From Macrostomum lignano (taxonomy: Eukaryota): a stretch of DNA of 64,000 nucleotides. This document shows positions 56,901 through 64,000 of the stretch, piece after piece; the stretch's first letter is position 1, and each line of letters starts with the position of its first letter. A program made the translations under genes and the position numbers. The notes below the pieces were generated by a model that worked only from the letters and a program-made list of their open reading frames with translations, made no database searches and was not told the DNA's origin. The stretch lies in assembly GCA_002269645.1 (NCBI GenBank), contig NIVC01002131.1:63836-127835 (forward strand), given 5' to 3'.

Positions 56901-59900
56901 GATAGCGGACAGAGGCGGGTAGATAGCAGAAAAGGTGGGTAGATAGCTGCTTTTGATAGCTTTTATCACCTGCAATAACTAATTATTTCATAATTAAATT
57001 GCTGACACAACAAAACTGGTCCAGAAGAGAAAACCTAATTGAATTAATTGAGCTAAAGAACTTAATAGCCTAATTGTATGCGAAATTTACTGCTTAAATC
57101 TGATAGATCAATTTTAAGTCATTGTAGGCAGTGTCTATAGTGCGCTATATTATAATAAAAAGATTTGTTTAAACAGTAAACGCGGAAAGCGCCATTAACG
57201 TAGATGAAATTATTTTGTAAAAAATATTAAACAACTAAAACTTTGCAAACCGTAAACTAATTATAAAAGAAGACGCACCTGAGACAGCTGATAGGCCTGT
57301 TGCTTCTGGGCGACAGTCGGTCTGCCAGATGTGCCAGCAGCATCAGCTGGAGCTCCGCCGGCTGCTGCAGCTGCGGCGGCGTCGCAGCACTTCTGACGCA
57401 CAACAACTGGACCAGCGGCAGAGTTAGAGAATGGTGAAGCTTGCGACGGCTGCTGTTGAAGCAGAGGCGGAGAAGAACTGTTGCCAAGGCCAGGCGAAAC
57501 GGCTTGCAAATGCTGCTGCTGCTGCTGTTGCAGTTCGCTCACACTCTCCGTTGAATTGCTTTCAACAACCATTGCTCCCATCATCTGGCAGGCTGGATTG
57601 TGCAGCGGCGGGATGGGATGCAAATTGGCAATGCATGACTCGAAGATTTAGTATATGTTGACTAGCCACTTTCGCACCCCCTTCGAGTGGTCTAAATAAC
57701 CCGATCAAAACGATTGACCAATCTGATCTATTTTTGCTTTTAGCCCTTGAACAGTATTTTTAGTGGAAAAGAATCGCCAGTGGGGGGTAAAGTTAAGCAA
57801 AACGGGCGCGGTTAGTACGCAACTGAATAGGGCTCATATTATCAGTTATTACAGTACTGTAGTACGTCTACTAGTACGAATTCAAGATATTAGTACATAC
57901 AATACAATGTATAGCGCTTACGCTTGACATGAAATCGAAGATGGCAGCGGCTGCGGACTTCCTCGGAGACGGCGACCAGGGCGGTTAGGTAAGCCACGCT
58001 GTTTGGCGTCACCTCGTATTTGTCTCTATTATTGGGCGATTCAGAATTAGAATAGAAAAGTATTAAGATAATAACAATTTACTTATCGCACTACTTAATC
58101 CAGATGAGCAGTAGTGCAATACGCGCATTATTCTGTTATTAACTAACCGCTTCTCCGGCTTGGCCACGATAGACAGTAGCATGGATAGAACTCGAATTGT
58201 GCGCGACAGAGTTTTAGGACTGGGATGGCGGAAACCCTTCAACAGGTGGCCAACTAGGGCGAAGTGAAAATTCTCGCGGAATGACAGGCCGACACAGTTG
58301 TCCAGCTGTTTGTAAGAGATGTGCAGGATTAGCGGCTGCCGGTATTCCATCATTATGCTCTCCAATGAGCGATCGGTGAACATGCCTGGAAAATTTGTAT
58401 TGGCAGACAGGGGAGCGGAGCTTTGTAACATGCTGTTTTATGGAGATCTAAGAATGCAGCTAGTGAGGTATGACCCTAGTTGCTATGACACCAGTTGTTA
58501 TGACTAAAGTTGCTATGACACCAGTTGTTATGGCTAAAGTTGCTATGACACCAGTTGTTATGGCTAAAGTTGCTATGACACCAGTTGTTATGGCTAAAGT
58601 TGCTATGACACCAGTTGTTATGACTAAAGTTGCTATGACACCAGCTGTTATGACTAAAGTTGCTATGATACCAGTTGTTATGACTAAAGTTGCTATGACA
58701 CCAGTTGTTATGACTAAAGTTGCTATGACACCAGTTGTTATGACTAAAGTTGCTATGACACCAGCTGTTATGACCAAAGTTGCTATGATACCAGCTGTCA
58801 TGACCAAATTTGCTATAACACCAGCTGCTATGACCTCACTTGCGATTCTATGACCATGATCACTAACAGCAATGAGTACTGGGCCCAGTTTTGATAATTG
58901 AAATAACTAAAAAACACGCAGGTAAGCAAATTCTCACCCTGATTATCGAGATTGTCCAAGCTCTGCTCTAGCAGGGCCAGTCCGGCAGCGTACAGGCTGA
59001 CCTCGTCCAACTGCAGCACGCACAGGGCAATCCAGAAGATGTGCTTATGTATTGGCGAGTTCGGGTTCAACAGCGGCAGCAGGCGAGTCACCGACATTAT
59101 AGTAGCTTCGATTAGCGTCAGGTCGGAGTTCCACTGCGACTCGACGCCCCTGTGCATGCGGACGTCCTTGTCGATGACTTCGAGGTCGCGCGCGTAGCTC
59201 TCTAGCGATTTGACCATGATTCGCAGCAGATGCTTGATCTCGTTCTCCGATACGGACTTGGAGATGCAGCCGAGTACAATGATTGCGCGGTACTGCAGCG
59301 CCGGATTGTGCTGGAAAGCGAATCTCTTGGCTAGCTGGGTCCACTGCTCCAGCCAGTTGCAGTTCGGGATGTCCTTCATCACGGCTGCGAGAGGACGGGG
59401 CGATGATTAGCCAGTATGCTGAGCAGTGTGGGATTTGCGACACTGAGCAGTGTGGGATTCGGACAGTGAGCAGTGTGGGATTTGGGACACTGAGCAGTGT
59501 GGGATTTGCGACACTGAGCAGTGTGGGATTTGCGACACTGAGCAGTGTGGGATTCGGGACAGTGAGCAGTGTGGGATTTGGGACACTGAGCAGTGTGGGA
59601 TTTGCGACACTGAGCAGTGTGGGATTTGCGACACTGAGCAGTGTGGGATTTGGAACAGTGATTAGTGTGGGATTTGGGACACTGAGCAGTGTGGGATTTG
59701 GGACACTGAGCAGTGTGGGATTTGGGACAGTAAGCAGTGTGGGATTCGGGACAGTGAGCAGTGTGGGATTTGGGACACTGAGCAGTGTGGGATTTGGGAC
59801 ACTGAGCAGTGTGGGATTTGGGACAGTGATTAGTGTGGGATTTGGGACACTGAGCAGTGTGGGATTTGGCACACTAAGCAGTGTGGGATTTGGGACAGTA

Positions 59901-62900
59901 AGCAGTGTGGGATTCGGGACAGTGAGCAGTGTGGGATTTGCGACACTGAGCAGTGTGGGATTTGGGAAAATGAGCAGTGTGGGATTTGGGACAATGAGCA
60001 GTGTGGGATTTGGCACACTAAGCAGTGTGGGATTTGGGACAGTAAGCAGTGTGGGATTCGGGACAGTGAGCAGTGTGGGATTTGCGACACTGAGCAGTGT
60101 GGGATTTGCGACACTGAGCAGTGTGGGATTTGGGACAATGAGCAGTGTGGGATTCGAGACAGTGAGCAGTGTGGGATTTGGACACTGAGCAGTGTGGGAT
60201 TTGGGACAGTAAGCAGTGTAGGATTCGGGGCAGTGAGCAGTGTGGGATTTGGGAAAATGAGCAGTGTGGGATTTGGGACAATGAGCAGTGTGGGATTCGA
60301 GACAGTGATTAGTGTGGGATTTGGGACACTGAGCAGTGTGGGATTTGCGACAGTGAGCAGTGTGGGATTTGGGACAGTGATTAGTGTGGGATTGGGACAC
60401 TGAGCAGTGTGGGATTCGGGACAGTGAGCAGTGTGGGATTCGGGACAGTGAGCAGTGTGGGATTTGGGAAAATGAGCAGTGTGGGATTTGGGACAATGAG
60501 CAGTGTGGGGATTTGGGACACTGATCAGTGTGGGGATTTGGGACACTGAGCAGTGTGGGGATTTGTGACAATGAGCAGTGTGGGATTTGGGACAATGAGC
60601 AGTGTGGGATTGGGACAATGAGTGTGAACTTTGGGTGAAAATGATAACACTGACAAGTGTGGGATTTCTGGTCTTTACCATTGCAATTATTAAAGACAAA
60701 TATCAAATCATTCTCACCCGACAGAACTTCCAGCAGGGTGTCAGTGAGCAGTTCCAGACTGCTCAATGGCAGCCGTTCGGCACTATGCACCGAAGAAGAA
60801 GTGTTGCCGGAGGCGGCGGCAGCAGCAGCGGCAGCGGCAGCGGCGGCAGCTGCAGCTGCAGATGCGGTCTCGCCGGCGCTGGAGACGGTCCGCTCGCCTG
60901 ACTTGGTACGGAAAGCGCTCACTGCGGCGCTTTTAATAGAAGAGATGCCGAATACCTGGTAGTACTCGGTCAGGGTGAACTCGGTCAGGTAATGCTTTAG
61001 GTGGTGCAAGGTGCTCTCTGTGTTGGGACATAGCGGAGGCGAAATGTTGTTAAAGAGTAGTTAGGTAAACGGCTTTTTATTGTGTTTGTATATTCTTAAC
61101 GAGATTGTAACGGATTATTCAACCTAATGGTTCTAAAAGGGTTTCCAAGCTGCTTTGAAAGATCGGGCGTTTGATTCTTTAGCGAATCAGGGCCGGCTAG
61201 ATGGGGGATCAGGGTCGGCTAGATGGGGGATCAGGGTCGACTAGATGGGGGGATCAGGATCGACTAGATGGGGGGGGCGGATCAGGATTGACTAGATGGG
61301 GGATCAGGATTGACTAGATGGGAGCGGATCAGGATTGACTAGATGGGGTGATCAGGATTGACTAGATGGGGGCGGATCAGGATTGACTAGATGGGGGGAT
61401 CAGGATTGACTAGATGGGGGGCGGATCAGGATCAACTAGATGGGGGGATCAGGATCGACTAGAGAGGGGGGCGGATCAGGATCGACTAGATGGGGGGCGG
61501 ATCAGGATCAACTAGATGGGGGATCAGGATCGACTAGATGGGGGCGGATCAGGATCAACTAGATGGGGGGATCAGGATCGACTAGAGAGGGGGCGGATCA
61601 GGATCGACTAGATGGGGGCGGATCAGGATCAACTAGATGGGGGGATCAGGATCGACTAGAATGGGGCGGATCAGGATCAACTAGATGGGGGGATCAGGAT
61701 CGACTAGATGGGGGGGCGGATCAAGATCGACTGGATGGGGGATCAGGATCGACTAGATGGGGGCGGATCAAGATCGACTGGATGGGGGGATCAGGATCGA
61801 CTAGATGGGGGGCGGATCAGGATCAACTAGATGGGGGCGGATCAGGATCAACTAGATGGGGGCGGATCAAGATCGACTGGATGGGGGATCAGGATCGACT
61901 AGATGGGGGGCGGATCAGGATCAACTAGATGGGGGCGGATCAGGATCAACTAGATGGGGGGCGGATCAAGATCGACTGGATGGGGGGATCAGGATCGACT
62001 AGATGGGGGGCGGATCAGGATCAACTAGATGGGGGCGGATCAGGATCAACTAGATGGGGTGGGGCGGATCAAGATCGACTGGATGGGGGGATCAGGATCG
62101 ACTAGATGGGGGGTGGATCAGGATCAACTAGATGGGGGCGGATCAGGATCAACTAGATGGGGTGGGGCGGATCAAGATCGACTGGATGGGGGGATCAGGA
62201 TCGACTAGATGGGGGGCGGATCAGGATCAACTAGATGGGGCGGATCAGGATCGACTAGATGGGGGGCGGATCAAGATCGACTGGATGGGGGATCAGGATC
62301 AACTAGATGGGGGCGGATCAAGATCGACTAGAGAGGGGGGCGGATTAGGATCGACTAGATGGGGGGCGGATCACTAGATGGGGGGGCGGATCACTAGATG
62401 GGGGGGCGGATCACTAGATGGGGGGGCGGATCACTAGATGGGGGGGGCGGATCACTAGATGGGGGGGGATCACTAGATGGGGGGCGGATCACTAGATGGG
62501 GGGGGCGGATCACTGGATGGGGGGATCAGGATCGACTAGATGGGGGGCGGATCAGGATCAACTAGATGGGGCGGATCAGGATCGACTAGATGGGGGGGCG
62601 GATCACTAGATGGGGGGCGGATCACTAGATGGGGGGCGGATCACTAGATGGGGGGCGGATCACTAGATGGGGGGGCGGATCACTAGATGGGGGGCGGATC
62701 ACTAGATGGGGGGGCGGATCACTAGATGGGGGGCGGATCACTAGATGGGGGGGGGCGGATCACTGGATGGGGGGTTAGTGAACCAAGGGTTAGGGTGAGT
62801 GTAGCGTACCGCTAAGCTCGAGCTGGCAGGTGCACAGCGAATGAATAATGTTGATAACGAGGCCGTGAATTGAGGCTCGCAGCGACACTGGGCCGGTGCA

Positions 62901-63791
62901 CACCAGCAGTGTGACAATGTGGAACAGCAGCGGCAAATGGGCGGCAACTGAAAGTTAAGCAGAAAAAAAAGCGGGACTTATGACGACGAGCAGTCCGGAG
63001 TTCAAATCCTGTCTTAACAGTTATTGCATAATTTAAATTAATTAATTAAACAATTAATTAAAAGACATTATACTGTTAAACTATAAGGCATGTATCGAAA
63101 AAACACAAAATTAACAAGAAGTTAAAGTTAGTTTGTAAATACAGAAAGTCTAAACATGATGTCCGATATGTATTGAAAAAAAATATAAACAATGATGAAT
63201 ATTACCATTTAACGAATTATTAAATGACAGCATTAGCAGGAAGCGCAGTAGAATAGCGATGTCATTCCACATGTTGTGCGCCTCCAAAGTTGACGTGGGC
63301 GAAGTGCAAGTCTCAGCGATTATCTGTAATTTCAATTGCATTTTTGCAAACAGAAATGCATACTACACTACTAACTAGTATAAAAATAGAAACAGTGATG
63401 ATGATAATAATTCTTGCTTACGCGGCACAGTCTTGTGATGACCTTTTTTGACACTAGCTGAACATTCGACGCCGCCAGAGCGACGGCCGTGTCGGCCATG
63501 ACCTCCGCTGGCAGGCTGCCAAACCCCCGGCTACGCTTCGTTTAATAAAGCAATTCAGCACAATGTCCAATAAGTCGTGCAGTTCGCCAAAGTTCGACCA
63601 GATTTTCGCCTGAAAGTTGGGTACATCTCCACCTGCGACAGCGTGACGCTAATGAGCTTGTCCAGAATGCACACCACCTTCTGGCGCTTGTTCTCGTCTG
63701 GGTGCCGACAGAAGCGGACCAGATTCTTTAGCCAGGGACTCATGTACTCGAGGCACAGGTGCTTCATCTCGATGGAGGACTGCTGGAAGCC
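43831..63791 (-). CDS. NF1: Neurofibromin, C-terminal part (5' part lies beyond the window); exons 63791-63422, 63323-63206, 62947-62810, 61017-60718, 59384-58938, 58385-58148, 58025-57922, 57592-57279, 46267-45811, 45335-45235, 45158-44972, 44500-44260, 44027-43831
   Basis: [24 protein letters not shown]; [21 protein letters not shown]; [24 protein letters not shown]; [13 protein letters not shown]; [18 protein letters not shown]; [16 protein letters not shown]; [16 protein letters not shown]; [19 protein letters not shown]; [19 protein letters not shown]; [17 protein letters not shown]. All are near-identical to the known NF1 C-terminus. Single-base frameshifts at about 63614, 63519, 46017 and probably 46262. 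Confidence 0.95.
44576..44928. repeat. (CTGT)n microsatellite, NF1 intron
   Basis: Read directly. Confidence 0.96.
45400..45790. repeat. 43-bp minisatellite (TCTAGGGAGTGTACATTGGCCACAAGCATCTCTTACCCCTCTG) with shorter variants, NF1 intron
   Basis: Read directly. Confidence 0.9.
46803..47107. repeat. 53-bp tandem repeat containing AGCCAATGAG, about 6 copies
   Basis: Read directly. Confidence 0.9.
48035..48695. repeat. 22-bp minisatellite (TCTAGATCGCTGATCCCCTCTC)n
   Basis: Read directly. Confidence 0.93.
48793..54727 (-). CDS. Degenerate AGC (PKA/PRKX-like) protein kinase, about 494 aa, nested in an NF1 intron; exons 54727-54613, 54163-53885, 53004-52685, 51100-50869, 49862-49683, 49151-48793
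   Basis: Spliced product has consistent phases. [10 protein letters not shown] (beta3 Lys), TERQLL..FDHPF (alphaC), [91 protein letters not shown] (AGC tail). Confidence 0.88.
49195..49610. repeat. Degenerate ATAGAGATCCC-type repeat, kinase intron
   Basis: Read directly. Confidence 0.8.
50030..50720. repeat. 25-bp minisatellite (TAATTACATGTAGGTCTACTCTTTC)n with degenerate flanks, kinase intron
   Basis: Read directly. Confidence 0.9.
51270..52665. repeat. 20-bp minisatellite (ATCAGCTTAGCTTAATCCAT)n, about 70 copies, kinase intron
   Basis: Read directly. Confidence 0.96.
53085..53865. repeat. 24-bp minisatellite (CCAATTAAATCCTGGCTCAGAGTG)n, kinase intron
   Basis: Read directly. Confidence 0.94.
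54205..54592. repeat. 22-bp minisatellite (TCTAGACCGCTCTTCTCCTCTA)n, kinase intron 1
   Basis: Read directly. Confidence 0.9.
55075..55088. promoter_or_regulatory. Candidate RFX X-box upstream of the nested kinase
   Basis: GTCACCATGGCAAC matches the DAF-19/RFX consensus GTHNYY-AT-RRNAAC exactly, about 350 bp upstream of the ATG. A second near-match lies at 55386-55399 and a TATA/MEF2-like CTATAAATAG at 55035-55044. Confidence 0.5.
56030..56945. repeat. 21-bp minisatellite (GATAGATAGCGGACAGAGGCG)n, NF1 intron
   Basis: Read directly. Confidence 0.92.
58470..58840. repeat. 30-bp minisatellite (TTGCTATGACACCAGTTGTTATGACTAAAG)n, NF1 intron
   Basis: Read directly. Confidence 0.92.
59415..60665. 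repeat. 24-bp minisatellite (GAGCAGTGTGGGATTTGGGACACT)n, about 50 copies, NF1 intron
   Basis: Read directly. Confidence 0.95.
61195..62775. repeat. G-run minisatellite (GATCAGGATCGACTAGATGGGGGGCG)n with a 19-20-bp variant, NF1 intron
   Basis: Read directly. Confidence 0.93.
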
Positions 63792-63831
63792 CTGCAAACA
63801 GTGCGGAATGTACATATAGTTGACGCCTCAA

Positions 63832-63952
63832 GATAGACAGAGGCAGACAGACAGACAGACAGACAGGCAGGCAGGCAGACAGACAGGCAGACAGACAGAC
63901 AGACAGACAGACAGGCAGGCAGGCAGACAGACAGGCAGACAGACAGACAGGC

Positions 63953-63983
<31 letters not shown>

Positions 63984-64000
63984 GACAGACAGACAGGCAG
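63832..64000. repeat. (CAGA/CAGG)n microsatellite, NF1 intron running off the window
   Basis: Read directly. Confidence 0.95.

Noticed and set aside
59045-61009. 654-aa ORF with a PNPTLLSV repeat domain in NF1
   Set aside because: Read-through of an NF1 exon into a 24-bp intronic minisatellite; splicing 60718->59384 restores the conserved NF1 sequence.
43831-63791. NF1, SMG6 and the annexin as pseudogenes or programmed frameshift genes
   Set aside because: No in-frame stops in the corrected frames, intact splice sites and high conservation; every shift is a one-base homopolymer shortfall, best explained by sequencing error.

Overview
This is eukaryotic, intron-rich animal genomic DNA. GC-rich exons with GT-AG introns, nearly all packed with minisatellites, resemble a repeat-rich invertebrate such as the flatworm Macrostomum; the species is an inference. 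Spliced genes reconstructed by hand from splice sites and reading-frame phase: the 3' end of an atypical annexin (+), a complete polycystin-2/PKD2 (+), a Cys-rich repeat type I membrane protein (-), an orphan PH/PTB-like adaptor (+), SMG6/EST1A (-), the 3' part of neurofibromin NF1 (-), and a 6-exon degenerate AGC/PKA-like kinase nested on the same strand inside an 11-kb NF1 intron. Mobile or foreign DNA: a 3.9-kb APE-RT-RNaseH non-LTR retrotransposon with a 9-bp TSD and a UAAUG stop-start signal, an internally deleted Crypton (tyrosine recombinase) relic next to a 35-bp perfect inverted repeat, a hAT MITE with an 8-bp TSD, a fold-back MITE, tRNA-derived heads, and a virus-like dUTPase plus HAD-motif relic in a SMG6 intron. 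More than 30 distinct tandem repeats account for most long ORFs in the supplied track, which are artefacts. About eight frameshifts in conserved coding sequence each resolve by adding one base to a homopolymer, which points to long-read assembly errors rather than pseudogenes.
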